Of a DNA stretch of 50,851 nucleotides, positions 1 through 8,611 are shown one piece after another. Under the pieces are notes generated by a model. It saw only the letters and a list, made by a program, of their open reading frames with translations. It did no database searches and was not told where the DNA came from. The first letter of the stretch is position 1. Each line of letters begins with the position of its first letter. This DNA comes from Pseudomonadota bacterium (GTDB lineage Bacteria > Myxococcota_A > Polyangia > Palsa-1104 > JAEUJZ01): assembly GCA_035437965.1 (NCBI GenBank), contig DAOMZC010000001.1:1-50851 (forward strand), given 5' to 3'. Made by a program: the position numbers and the translations under genes.

Positions 1-52
1 GACCGCGGAACGCCTCTTGCTACCTCTGCGATGGAAGGGACGTTCTTGCCGA
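1..52. repeat. Left copy of a 52-bp direct repeat; the partner is the last 52 bp of the window (50800..50851)
   Basis: Ungapped alignment of 1..52 (gaccgcggaacgcctcttgctacctctgcgatggaagggacgttcttgccga) with 50800..50851 (gactgcggaacgccttttcctgcttctgcgacggacgtaacgttcttgccga) gives 43/52 identities, including a perfect 13-nt 3' block (acgttcttgccga). True extent is unknown because both copies are cut by the window edges. Confidence 0.8.
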
Positions 53-135
53 TGATGACGGCCCCGTTTCCTCGGCGGAGATTTGTCGACCTTCAGCCCG
101 GCGGAACGCTCGCGGAACAAGCTGGTAGCCAAGCT

Positions 136-174
136 GCGGCCGAGCGGCCGCCGACCCGAAACATGTCGGGTCGG
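136..174 (+). terminator. Two adjacent GC-rich hairpins, a possible terminator of a plus-strand ORF that enters from the left and stops at 126..128
   Basis: Hairpin 1 is gcggcc(136-141)/ggccgc(146-151) with a 4-nt loop. Hairpin 2 is ccgacccga(151-159)/tcgggtcgg(166-174), a 9-bp stem with a 6-nt loop. No U-tract follows. The upstream open frame (3..128, stop TAG) has only modest third-position GC, so its coding status is uncertain. Confidence 0.3.
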
Positions 175-261
175 ACTGTCCCAGTCTGGTTGTGCTGCGC
201 AAGATACTTGACAACCAGCGATAATTGACTACACGTGAGAGGCTAGGGAAATTCAAGCCTT

Positions 262-1908
262 ATGACCTTCTTCAGGCTTCTAAGTGAGCAAGCGTACGGC
301 GAGCGCGCTCGCATGCTGGCCCTGGCGAGCCTGGGCGGTGTCGCCAGCGCCCTCTTCTTCGCCACCATCAACGAGATTGCCGCGAAGCCGGAAGCAGGCG
401 ATGTGCCATCGCTGGTCAGGCTCGGCCTTCTTATCCTCCTTTACGTGACCTGCACCCGGCACAGTACCTCCTGGATGGCGGCGCAGATTGAAGCGATCCT
501 GCATCAGATCAAGCTGCGGGTCGCCCGGCGGATCGCCCGCACCGACCTGGAGACGCTGGAACAAGTGCGCGCAGCGGAGATCTGCGATCGCATCACCGAG
601 AACACTTCCTTCATCTCCGCTCGCGCCGGAACCATTGCCGCGATGTTGGGGGCAGTCTTCCTGGTCGGCTTTGCGCTGATCTATATCGCCGCCCTGTCCG
701 CGCCGGCCTTCGTGCTGGTATTCCTGTTGTGCGGCGCCGGCGCTCTTATATTTTTGACTTTGCCGCGGAAGTTCGTGCCGCAGTTCCAGAAGATTGCCGG
801 GCTCCGGCTAACGTTTTTCGAGCAGCTGACCGATCTGCTAAGCGGCTTCAAAGAGCTCAAGCTCAGCCGCCTGCGGAGTCGGCAGCTGCGCGCCGATATA
901 GCGCACATCCTGGACCTGCTTCGCGACGCCGGCGCCGCCACCAGCAACCTGCTCACCGACGGCATGCTGCTCGGCGAAGCAATCCTGTTCTCGCTCATCG
1001 CGGCCGTCGTCTACGCCCTGCCGCTGTACACCACCCCGGACAAGGTGACCATGACCAGCCTGGTGGCAGGAGTCATGTTCCTCTGGGGGCCGTTCATGAA
1101 GGTCATCATCGGCACGATGCCCCTTGTCCGCGCTGACGCGGCCTTCGCCGAGATCGACGAGCTGGAGCGCAAGCTCGAGGCTGCCGCGCAGAGCTCCATC
1201 CCCGACGAGGAGCGCGTCGATCCCTGGCACGGCCGGCTTGCCAAGCTCGAGGCGAGCAACCTCACCTACAGCTATCCGGCCGACGGGTCGGGGCAGCAGT
1301 TTCACATCGGTCCCATAAACCTTACGCTGGCGGCCGGTGAGGTCATCTTCATCGTGGGTGGAAACGGCAGCGGCAAGTCTACTCTGCTCAAGGTGCTCTT
1401 GGGTCTGTACGCGCCGAGCTCGGGGAGGCTGCTGGCCGATGGAGTCGCGGTCGAGCCGAAGAACGTGGCGGCATTCCGGGACATGATCTCGGCGATCTTT
1501 TCGGACTTTCACCTCTTTGCCAAGCTATATGGGCTGGCCGGCAGCAAGGAGGCTGACGTGCTCGCCCTGATTGCGCGCATGCGGCTTGCGGATAAGACCG
1601 CGATATCCGCTGGGGCCTTTACCAGTCTCTCGTTATCCACCGGCCAGCGCAAGCGCCTCGCCATGGTTGTCGCCCTGCTGGAGGATCGCCCGATCTACGT
1701 CTTTGACGAGTGGGCAGCGGACCAGGACCCGGAGTTCCGCGCCTACTTCTACCAAGAGCTGCTTCCGCTCCTGCGCCAGGAGGGCAAGACGGTCCTGGTC
1801 GTCAGCCATGACGATCGCTACTTCCACTGCGCCGACCGCGTGATCGCCATGGAGTATGGCAAGGTCCGCGCCAGCGAAAAAACCGCGGCGGTCCAGGTGC
1901 CATGCTGA
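262..1908 (+). CDS. ABC exporter, fused permease/ATPase half-transporter of the PvdE/SyrD/YojI (cyclic-peptide exporter) type
   Basis: 548 aa. Hydrophobic N-terminal half, then an NBD with Walker A GGNGSGKST, signature LSTGQRKRLA, Walker B IYVFDEWAADQD and H-loop VSHDDRY. The DEWAADQDPEFR...SHDDRYF tail is what I recall for YojI/PvdE/SyrD-type exporters. A purine-rich stretch (gagagg..agggaa) precedes the ATG. Confidence 0.9.
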   Translation: MTFFRLLSEQAYGERARMLALASLGGVASALFFATINEIAAKPEAGDVPSLVRLGLLILLYVTCTRHSTSWMAAQIEAILHQIKLRVARRIARTDLETLEQVRAAEICDRITENTSFISARAGTIAAMLGAVFLVGFALIYIAALSAPAFVLVFLLCGAGALIFLTLPRKFVPQFQKIAGLRLTFFEQLTDLLSGFKELKLSRLRSRQLRADIAHILDLLRDAGAATSNLLTDGMLLGEAILFSLIAAVVYALPLYTTPDKVTMTSLVAGVMFLWGPFMKVIIGTMPLVRADAAFAEIDELERKLEAAAQSSIPDEERVDPWHGRLAKLEASNLTYSYPADGSGQQFHIGPINLTLAAGEVIFIVGGNGSGKSTLLKVLLGLYAPSSGRLLADGVAVEPKNVAAFRDMISAIFSDFHLFAKLYGLAGSKEADVLALIARMRLADKTAISAGAFTSLSLSTGQRKRLAMVVALLEDRPIYVFDEWAADQDPEFRAYFYQELLPLLRQEGKTVLVVSHDDRYFHCADRVIAMEYGKVRASEKTAAVQVPC

Positions 1909-3560
1909 ACATCGTCGAGCTGATCTGGCAGCAGACCCGCGGCAAGCACGAGCGGATTATCGCGGTCGCCCTGGCCGCGGGCCTCGGCAACGCGGCCGCC
2001 CTGCACATCGTCAACACGGCCGCGCAGGCGCCATCCTCTTTAAAGCTCTGGACGTTTTTGGCTTTCGCTTTATCACTTGCGGTATTTTTCAGCGCCGCAA
2101 GCGCGACCTCCCATCGGATAAACGCCGCCATTGAAGAGGCTCTCCACGCCCTGAAGTCGCGGCTCGTCAAAAAGATCGAGCTCACCGAGCTTGCCCGCAT
2201 CGAGCAGATCGGAGCTTCCGAGATTCGCGATCGAATTACCACGAACGTGATGGCGATCGCCAATGCCGGGAGTCAGGTCGGGGGCATCCTGCAGTCTCTA
2301 TCGATCTTCTTCTTTGCCATCCTGTACCTGGCCTGGCTCTCGCTTCCCACCCTCTGCATCCTCGTCGGACTTCAGCTCGGCGTGCTCTATATCTACCGGA
2401 GCCGGCGAACGCTCGTAAATCTCTACCTTGCCGAGCAGGCGCAGACGCGGATCAAGTTTCTCGACCGGCTCATGGATCTGCTCAAGGGCGCAAAGGAAGT
2501 CCGGCTCAATAGCAGCCGCTGTCGCGATATCCTGGCAGACTTCGAAGCTACCTCTTTGACCTTGGGGCAGGTCTCGGCCAAGACCAACCGGGCCTTCGAG
2601 GACAACCTGCTCGTCGTCACGGTCAACCTGTATGTCCTCTTGGCGGCGGTGGTGTACCTGTTGCCAGGCTTTTTCGACCTGCCGCCCGACAAGCTGACCA
2701 AGCTCGTTGCTAGCATCCTCTTTGTCTGGGGGAGCGCGCAGACCGGTCTTGTCGGCTATCTGGCCTATGTCGAGGCAAACCAGGCCCTGGTCGCGATCGC
2801 GACGCTGGAAGAGAAGCTCGATCGTGACGCGTCCCCGCAGGTCGCCGCCGAGGACGAGGGCAGCGTGTGGCCCGGCAGCTCGAGCCTCATCGAGGCGCGG
2901 CAGCTGGAGTACGAGTACCCCGCGGCCCCCGGTGAGACTGCGTTCCATATTGGGCCCATCGATCTTAGGATCGAGCCCGGGGAGCTGGTCTTTGTCGTGG
3001 GCGGAAACGGCGCCGGCAAGTCCACGTTCCTGAAGGTCCTCACGGGCCTGTACCCGCTTACCCGGGGCTCGCTGCGGGTCGGCAGTGTCACCGTAAGGCC
3101 AGACAACATCGCCGCCTACCGCGAGCTGATCTCTGCGATCTTTGCCGACTTCCACCTCTTCTCCAAGCTGTATGGCTTGCTCGATGTGGAGCCGCAGGCC
3201 GTGCAGGGGCTGCTCAAGCAGATGGAGATCGCGCACAAGACTTCATTTGCAGATGGAAGGTTTACGACGCGCAGCCTGTCCACCGGCCAGAAGAAGCGGC
3301 TGGCGATGATCGTCGCCCTCCTTGAAGACCGGCCCATCTTTGTGCTCGACGAGTGGGCCGCGGATCAAGACCCGGAGTTTCGCCGCTACTTCTATGAGAA
3401 CCTGCTCCCTTCTTTGAAGCAGCGCGGCAAGACCATCATCGCGGTCAGCCATGATGACCGCTACTATCACTGCGCCGATCGGGTGGTGTTTCTAGAGTAT
3501 GGGGTCATCCGCTCGATCCAGCAGCTCAAGCCGAGTGATACGGCGCCGGCAGGAGCGTAG
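1902..3560 (+). CDS. Second ABC exporter half-transporter, paralog of the upstream gene; likely heterodimer partner
   Basis: 552 aa. Walker A GGNGAGKST, signature LSTGQKKRLA, Walker B IFVLDEWAADQD, H-loop VSHDDRY. Its ATG overlaps the upstream stop (ATGCTGA at 1902-1908), consistent with translational coupling. Confidence 0.9.
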   Translation: MLNIVELIWQQTRGKHERIIAVALAAGLGNAAALHIVNTAAQAPSSLKLWTFLAFALSLAVFFSAASATSHRINAAIEEALHALKSRLVKKIELTELARIEQIGASEIRDRITTNVMAIANAGSQVGGILQSLSIFFFAILYLAWLSLPTLCILVGLQLGVLYIYRSRRTLVNLYLAEQAQTRIKFLDRLMDLLKGAKEVRLNSSRCRDILADFEATSLTLGQVSAKTNRAFEDNLLVVTVNLYVLLAAVVYLLPGFFDLPPDKLTKLVASILFVWGSAQTGLVGYLAYVEANQALVAIATLEEKLDRDASPQVAAEDEGSVWPGSSSLIEARQLEYEYPAAPGETAFHIGPIDLRIEPGELVFVVGGNGAGKSTFLKVLTGLYPLTRGSLRVGSVTVRPDNIAAYRELISAIFADFHLFSKLYGLLDVEPQAVQGLLKQMEIAHKTSFADGRFTTRSLSTGQKKRLAMIVALLEDRPIFVLDEWAADQDPEFRRYFYENLLPSLKQRGKTIIAVSHDDRYYHCADRVVFLEYGVIRSIQQLKPSDTAPAGA

Positions 3561-3583
3561 AGGGAGGGTCCGGACGGGCGGCG

Positions 3584-4918
3584 TCAGGGCTGCGGATCGG
3601 GGCCGGGCTGAAAGTCGGCTCGGCTCAGCAGTCGGGGCGTCACCAGTAGCCCGGCCAGCATGAGCAGCGGGACCATGATGAAAAGGATGGTCGAGCCGGC
3701 GCGTCCAGCGATGAACCCGCCGGCGCCCATGCCGAGGAAGCCGCAGAGCTGCATCAGGCTGTACTGGATCGTGTAGTCGGTGCTGGCGACATGGCCGCGG
3801 CTGCGATCCATGATCATTACATAGATAATCGTTCCGCCCGCAGCCAGTCCAAAGTGAATGAGCAGAATCGACGCAAAGAGCATGAAGTGATTGGCCGCCG
3901 GCCGCGTAATCAGCACCGCCGCGAGCGTCAGACAGACCACGCTCAGCGCATTCAGCGCATAAAAGGCCCGCTCCCGCCCAAGCCGCGACACGACCAGACC
4001 GCCGAGCAAGCCGCCGACGGTGCCGACCGCGCCGCCGAGTATTCCCAGCACGAGGCCGATCTCGGTCAGGTTCAGGCCGCGATCGACAAGCAGAGTCTGA
4101 AAAGCGACGCCGGGCAGCGATGGCAGGGCCAGCGTCGCCGACATCACGGCCAGCCAGCGCCAGATGCGCGGCTGGCTGAAAAAGGCGAGGAAGTCACCCA
4201 GCGAAATGGTGCGCTCCAGAGCGACTGGCGGTTCCTTATAGAAGGCGACCCCGAACAGCGGCAGCAGCACCAGCGCCGCCATGATGAGCAGCGCGGGCTG
4301 CCAGCCAAACTTCCCGACCATGACGACCATCATGCCGCCGCCGACCAGACCCCCGGTCATCATTCCCGCGGTCTGCACGCCGTTGCCGATGCCGCGCTCA
4401 CTGACCTTCAGCAGGTTCACCGCCAGACCGTGGGAAGCCGTATCGGCGGTGGCGGAGATGATGCTGAGCCAGACCAGCGCGGGGATGCCGACAGCGCGCT
4501 GGGTGCTCAAGAGCGCCGGTACATCGATGAACGCTCCCAGTACCAGAGTCAGTAGCAGGAGCGGATGGGTGATGAACAGCCAGCCCCGGTAGCGCCCGAG
4601 CCGCGAGCCCGCGCCCAGCTTGTCCACCAGCGGCGCCCACAGCGCCTTGACCGCCCACGGCAGCATGACCAGCGACAGCAGGCTGATCGCCTCCATCGAG
4701 GCCCCGCTGCGCCGCAGCAGCACGGGCATGGCGCGCGATAGCAGCGCCACCGGCATCATCTCGGTCATGGTGAGGGCAAAGAGAAGTCCGAAGCGAAAGC
4801 CGCGGGAAGCCGACCACGAAGTCTGCCGGTCGGCGTCGCTCGACGCGGCGCGCCCAGGGTGCGCGTGCTCCCCCGGTTCTGCTGAAGTAGCCTGCTGTAG
4901 GGCGATCGGGGTACCCAT
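3584..4918 (-). CDS. MFS permease of the AmpG/RhtX/FptX type
   Basis: 444 aa with about 12 hydrophobic segments. The loop motif KALWAPLVDKLG...RLGRYRGWLF parallels the AmpG signature as I recall it (KFLWSPLMDRY...GRRRGWLL), and ATADTASHG parallels ASQDIVFDA. The same family contains the siderophore permeases RhtX and FptX. Confidence 0.8.
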   Translation of the reverse strand: MGTPIALQQATSAEPGEHAHPGRAASSDADRQTSWSASRGFRFGLLFALTMTEMMPVALLSRAMPVLLRRSGASMEAISLLSLVMLPWAVKALWAPLVDKLGAGSRLGRYRGWLFITHPLLLLTLVLGAFIDVPALLSTQRAVGIPALVWLSIISATADTASHGLAVNLLKVSERGIGNGVQTAGMMTGGLVGGGMMVVMVGKFGWQPALLIMAALVLLPLFGVAFYKEPPVALERTISLGDFLAFFSQPRIWRWLAVMSATLALPSLPGVAFQTLLVDRGLNLTEIGLVLGILGGAVGTVGGLLGGLVVSRLGRERAFYALNALSVVCLTLAAVLITRPAANHFMLFASILLIHFGLAAGGTIIYVMIMDRSRGHVASTDYTIQYSLMQLCGFLGMGAGGFIAGRAGSTILFIMVPLLMLAGLLVTPRLLSRADFQPGPDPQP

Positions 4919-4961
4919 CAGCAGTCCTTCGCGGCCCAGGCAGCAGGGTAGCTTGGCGGCT

Positions 4962-4990
4962 TTTTCATATTGGGAACCAATATATGAAAA
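4962..4990. promoter_or_regulatory. AT-rich near-palindrome, candidate operator, 44-72 nt upstream of the MFS start codon
   Basis: Sequence ttttcatattgggaaccaatatatgaaaa. The core ATATTGG-gaa-CCAATAT (4967..4983) has perfect 7-bp arms. The outer arms TTTTCAT/ATGAAAA pair if a 2-nt bulge is allowed. It is strikingly AT-rich in a GC-rich background. Confidence 0.4.
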
Positions 4991-5099
4991 CTATTTATGT
5001 TCCTCCAGGCTTTTGCGCTCTCGGCTTGCGCGAGCAAAACAGGGGCTCTCACTAGCGCGGGAATTTCCCCTTGTTTGGATACCTGTACTACCTGGCTGC

Positions 5100-8000
5100 T
5101 TAGAACGAGAGCCGCGCGCCGAGCCGCATGTAGAGCGGGGCCTGGTAGGCGGTCGGCTGGCCGTAGTTACTGTTTAGGACCAGCGGCTGGCCTTCCTCGG
5201 CGCGCAGGTGGGCGAGGTCTGCAGCCTTGCCTCCTTTTATCGGGCCGACCACCGAGTAGGTGTAGTCGTCATCGACGCTTACCACCTGCTGCTGGTTTAG
5301 CAGGTTTATCACATCGGCAAAGACCAGCAGCGCGACCCGCTTTGCGAACTTGTGCTCGTAACCGACGTGCAGATCGAGCTGCGTAACGATGGGGGTGCGA
5401 CCCCCGGTGCCGCGCGGCAGAATGAACACCTGGCTCGTTCCATACAGCGGGTGCCCGCCGAGCACGTTGATGGGGCGGCCGGAGAACGCGGTACCGGTAA
5501 GGCTCAGCGTCAAGCTGCCGCTCTGTCCCAGCGGCTGGATATAGGTCCCGAGGAGCTTTACGTTGTGCGGCCGATCGGTGGGGAGCGGGCCGTTGCGGTT
5601 GGCGGCGAGGTCGGGCGAGTCGAACGCCAGGGAGATATTGGGAGCGAAGTCTCTTGTATGCGCGTCGTACGGACCGGGGTAGTTCCCAAGGGTGCGCGAG
5701 AAGGTGTAGCTCGCCAGCACGCTGAAGCGATTCGACAGCCGCTTCTGCGCCGTGAGGACCAGCGCGTGGTAGTTGCGCGTGGCGCGGCTCGTGGTGCTGC
5801 TGATGGCGCGATATCCGGTGAGCTGGCGCTGCACATTCATAAGCTCGGCCTGCGCCGCGGGGCTCTTGTCCTGCTTCAGCTCGGCGATCCGCTGCTCGTA
5901 CTTTTGCACCTGGGCTTCATCGATGGGCGCGCCGGGGTTGCCAAGGATGGCCGCGCCGGTCGCGTCGACCCCCACGTCTTCCACGACGCTGCCGAGGGTC
6001 CGGTAGACATAGCCGACACCGAGCACGAAATCCAGACCGACGTCGTACACAAGGCCGGCCGAGACCTCGTCCAGGTACTGGCCCTTCACGCCCGGCTCGA
6101 CCAGGTAGGGGTCGCCGGCGATCAGGAACTGCGGACTGTTCACCGAGCAGGGGGCGCCCGGCGCTGACTGCGGCACCGGCAGCGGACGCCCGCCCGGGGT
6201 AAGCGGCACGCGCGGGCAGTTCGCGGCGTTTGGTCCCACGATCGCCCCTCGGCCGGCAAAGGCGCGGTCGTTGATGCTCAGCGGCAGCGATTCATAGAAC
6301 CGGCCGTAGCTCGCATACAGCTTGGAGCGGCCCTTTCCCGTCGCGTCGTAAGTGATGCCGAGGCGCGGCGCCAGGTTATCGTAGATGCCGACCTGCCGGC
6401 TGCCGAGCTGGTCGAAGATCTCCTGCGCCTCCCAGCGGAGGCCGGCGTTTACCACCAGACCCGGCACCCAGCCGACGGTCCAGCTGTCGCGCAGATACAG
6501 GCTGACGTTGCGCGTTGCGGTCACCGACCTGTAGCTATCAAGGCGCTCGCCGCTGCCGTCCGCGGCGCGCACTCCGTACTGCTGCGTGCGTCGCAGCCGT
6601 AGGCCATCCGGGCTGGTCTGCCAGGTAGTGTGTCCCGAAAACGGATCCCCGGGATCGAGGTCAGGGCCGGTAGAGAAGCGGTTATTGTCGTAGCTCAGGT
6701 ACTCGAAGTCAGCGCCCAGCTTGAGGGCGTGCGTGCCGCGCAGCGGGTTGTGGCGGCCGCCGGCGCTGACGAACATCGTGGCGCTCGCCAGGAGCTGGTG
6801 GCGCAGCAGCACCGTCAGGCTATAGGGACCGTAGCCCCCCCGCCTGTATTGAGTCAGCGGACAGGGGTTCGACAGGCTGCCATCGGGCAGCGGCTGGCGC
6901 CGGCACTCGGGAACGTCTTCGAAGTCGGACAGGGAGTACGGATCCGCGCGGTCGGCAAAGTAGACAAAGGAAGCCTCGCCCTGGTTTGCCGGCTCTATAT
7001 GCTGGCCCTGATAGTGGAAGCCGTACATCACATCGAGCTGCAGGCGCCGCTCCAGCAGCTTGCCGGTGTAGCGCGCGGACGCATCGTGCTGCTGATTCAG
7101 GGTGCTCACCTGCTTGTCGGGAACGTTGGCGTAAAGGAACGGCCGCAGGACCCCATAACCATAGGACTCGGTTGGCGAGGCGATGTAGCTGAGGGTGATG
7201 TTGTGGTTCGCGCTCAGGTTGAACTGCAGCTTGGCTACTCCGTTATAGAGCCGCGTCGACTCTGTATAAGGCTGGGTGCGGTCGGGCAGCGCAGCGGTCT
7301 CGGTGGCCAGGCTGCCGAGGCCCTGCTGGCAGGTATCGAAGGCCAGATATCCAAGGCGGGTGCAGGGCAGGCTCCGCGGCTGGCCGCTGCTGTCGAGCAC
7401 CTGGCGCCGCACTTCCCGCTCGTGCGCGTCCTGGCTTAGGGTGGGAGCGAAGCCGATGTAGAACCAGATGCGGTCCTTGACGATCGGTCCGCCGAGCTCG
7501 AAGCCGACGTCGAAGCCCAGGGCGCTGCTGCGCGTACGCAGTCCGAGCGACTCACCCAGCCGGGCCACCGTATTGGGCTCCAGCTGGAAGGGGTTTACCG
7601 ACCCGAAGACGCTGCCATGGAACTCGTTGCTGCCGCCCTTGGTGACGATGCTGATGATTCCTCCGGTGGCGCGTCCGTACTCGGCCTGGTAGCCGCTGGT
7701 GATGACGTTGATCTCTTTTATGAAGCTCTGGTGGAGCTGCGTGGCGAGCACGCCGGTGTTCGGATCCGAGGTGTTCAGTCCATCGATGAGGAAGTTGTTC
7801 TCGACCCCGGTGGAGCCCGACAGGGAGACGCCGACATCGCCGCCGAGCCCGCGCGGCGCGTCCACCGCGCCCGGGGCCAGCTGCAGGGCGCTCTCGAAGG
7901 TACGCCCGCGCAGGGCGCTGCTCTGTAGGAGCTCCTGATTAAGCTCCACGCCCGAGCTGGCGCTTGCGGTGTCCACATTGGGCGCCCGCTCGCGGATCAC

Positions 8001-8453
8001 CTGGACCTGCCGCGTCTGTTTCTGCGTGGCTATCTGGACATTGATGGTCAGGGTCTTGTTCTGCCCGATGCGCACGCCGGGGCGCTCGACGACCAGGTCG
8101 GCGAAGTAGAAGCGCACTACGTAGCCGTCGCCGGAGGGCAGCTGGGTGATCAGGTAGCGCCCGTCGCGATCGGTGACCTCGGTCTGCTCGCCCTGCAGCG
8201 CGGGTCCGCTTACGACCACCGTGGTCCCGGCCAGCGGCGCTCCGTCCACGTCGCGCGTCACCAGGCCGCCGATCTGACCCGGCTGCACCTGGGCGCGCGC
8301 TGGGCTCAGCATGAAGAGCACTCCCAGCAGCGTAACCACGCCGAGCGCCGCTGCATCGGCGGCGGGCGCCCCAAGGCGCAGCGACCGGAAGGGTACGATT
8401 TCATTACGTTTAAACCCGAACCGATAAAGAAGGTCAGTTGCCATGGGCGGCAC
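5100..8453 (-). CDS. Oar-type TonB-dependent outer-membrane receptor with an N-terminal carboxypeptidase-regulatory-like domain
   Basis: 1117 aa. Signal-like hydrophobic segment ending ...SPARAQ. Carboxypeptidase-regulatory-like segment (VTRDVDGAPLAGTTVVVSG...TDRDGRYLITQLPSGDGYVV). Plug motifs (ENNFLIDGLNTSDP; INVITSGYQAEYGRATGGIISIVTKGGSNEFHG). Long Gly/Tyr/Asn-rich barrel region and a C-terminal ...LGARLSF aromatic terminus. The start could be Met4 (8444). Confidence 0.85.
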   Translation of the reverse strand: MPPMATDLLYRFGFKRNEIVPFRSLRLGAPAADAAALGVVTLLGVLFMLSPARAQVQPGQIGGLVTRDVDGAPLAGTTVVVSGPALQGEQTEVTDRDGRYLITQLPSGDGYVVRFYFADLVVERPGVRIGQNKTLTINVQIATQKQTRQVQVIRERAPNVDTASASSGVELNQELLQSSALRGRTFESALQLAPGAVDAPRGLGGDVGVSLSGSTGVENNFLIDGLNTSDPNTGVLATQLHQSFIKEINVITSGYQAEYGRATGGIISIVTKGGSNEFHGSVFGSVNPFQLEPNTVARLGESLGLRTRSSALGFDVGFELGGPIVKDRIWFYIGFAPTLSQDAHEREVRRQVLDSSGQPRSLPCTRLGYLAFDTCQQGLGSLATETAALPDRTQPYTESTRLYNGVAKLQFNLSANHNITLSYIASPTESYGYGVLRPFLYANVPDKQVSTLNQQHDASARYTGKLLERRLQLDVMYGFHYQGQHIEPANQGEASFVYFADRADPYSLSDFEDVPECRRQPLPDGSLSNPCPLTQYRRGGYGPYSLTVLLRHQLLASATMFVSAGGRHNPLRGTHALKLGADFEYLSYDNNRFSTGPDLDPGDPFSGHTTWQTSPDGLRLRRTQQYGVRAADGSGERLDSYRSVTATRNVSLYLRDSWTVGWVPGLVVNAGLRWEAQEIFDQLGSRQVGIYDNLAPRLGITYDATGKGRSKLYASYGRFYESLPLSINDRAFAGRGAIVGPNAANCPRVPLTPGGRPLPVPQSAPGAPCSVNSPQFLIAGDPYLVEPGVKGQYLDEVSAGLVYDVGLDFVLGVGYVYRTLGSVVEDVGVDATGAAILGNPGAPIDEAQVQKYEQRIAELKQDKSPAAQAELMNVQRQLTGYRAISSTTSRATRNYHALVLTAQKRLSNRFSVLASYTFSRTLGNYPGPYDAHTRDFAPNISLAFDSPDLAANRNGPLPTDRPHNVKLLGTYIQPLGQSGSLTLSLTGTAFSGRPINVLGGHPLYGTSQVFILPRGTGGRTPIVTQLDLHVGYEHKFAKRVALLVFADVINLLNQQQVVSVDDDYTYSVVGPIKGGKAADLAHLRAEEGQPLVLNSNYGQPTAYQAPLYMRLGARLSF

Positions 8454-8611
8454 AATAGCAGGGGCAAACCGCAGCCTGTAGCCCGTAGATGAATCACGGC
8501 CTTACAGGGCAGCCGGCCGCCAAGCAGAAGTATGGAAGATTTTTGACCGAGAGAACGACAGGCGGGGAGATGGATCTGGCCGCTCGCTTGCGGCGTCCGC
8601 GGACTACGGCT

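Noticed and set aside
208-238. TTGACA (208..213) as a -35 element, and a GATAAT-containing Fur-box-like stretch (220..238), upstream of the ABC genes
   Set aside because: No acceptable -10 hexamer lies 16-18 nt downstream of TTGACA (tacacg at best). The GATAATTGACTACACGTGA stretch matches only about 9/19 positions of the Fur consensus. Too weak to annotate.
20-256. Small ORFs at the left edge: 20..256(-) and 31..228(+)
   Set aside because: Arg/Ser/Pro-rich, no motifs, and they overlap the hairpin/promoter region. The minus ORF's C-terminus is simply a translation of the terminal repeat. Not reported as genes.
5011-5039. Possible bidirectional terminator ttttgcgctctcggcttgcgcgagcaaaa after the receptor gene
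   Set aside because: Only the outer TTTTGC/GCAAAA arms pair cleanly. The inner stem is broken by mismatches, so the predicted hairpin is weak.
262-8453. Calling the product a siderophore outright
   Set aside because: The TonB-dependent receptor and RhtX/FptX-like permease are only circumstantial evidence. No chelating-group biosynthesis (catechol, hydroxamate, thiazoline/oxazoline cyclisation domains) is visible, and no convincing Fur box was found.
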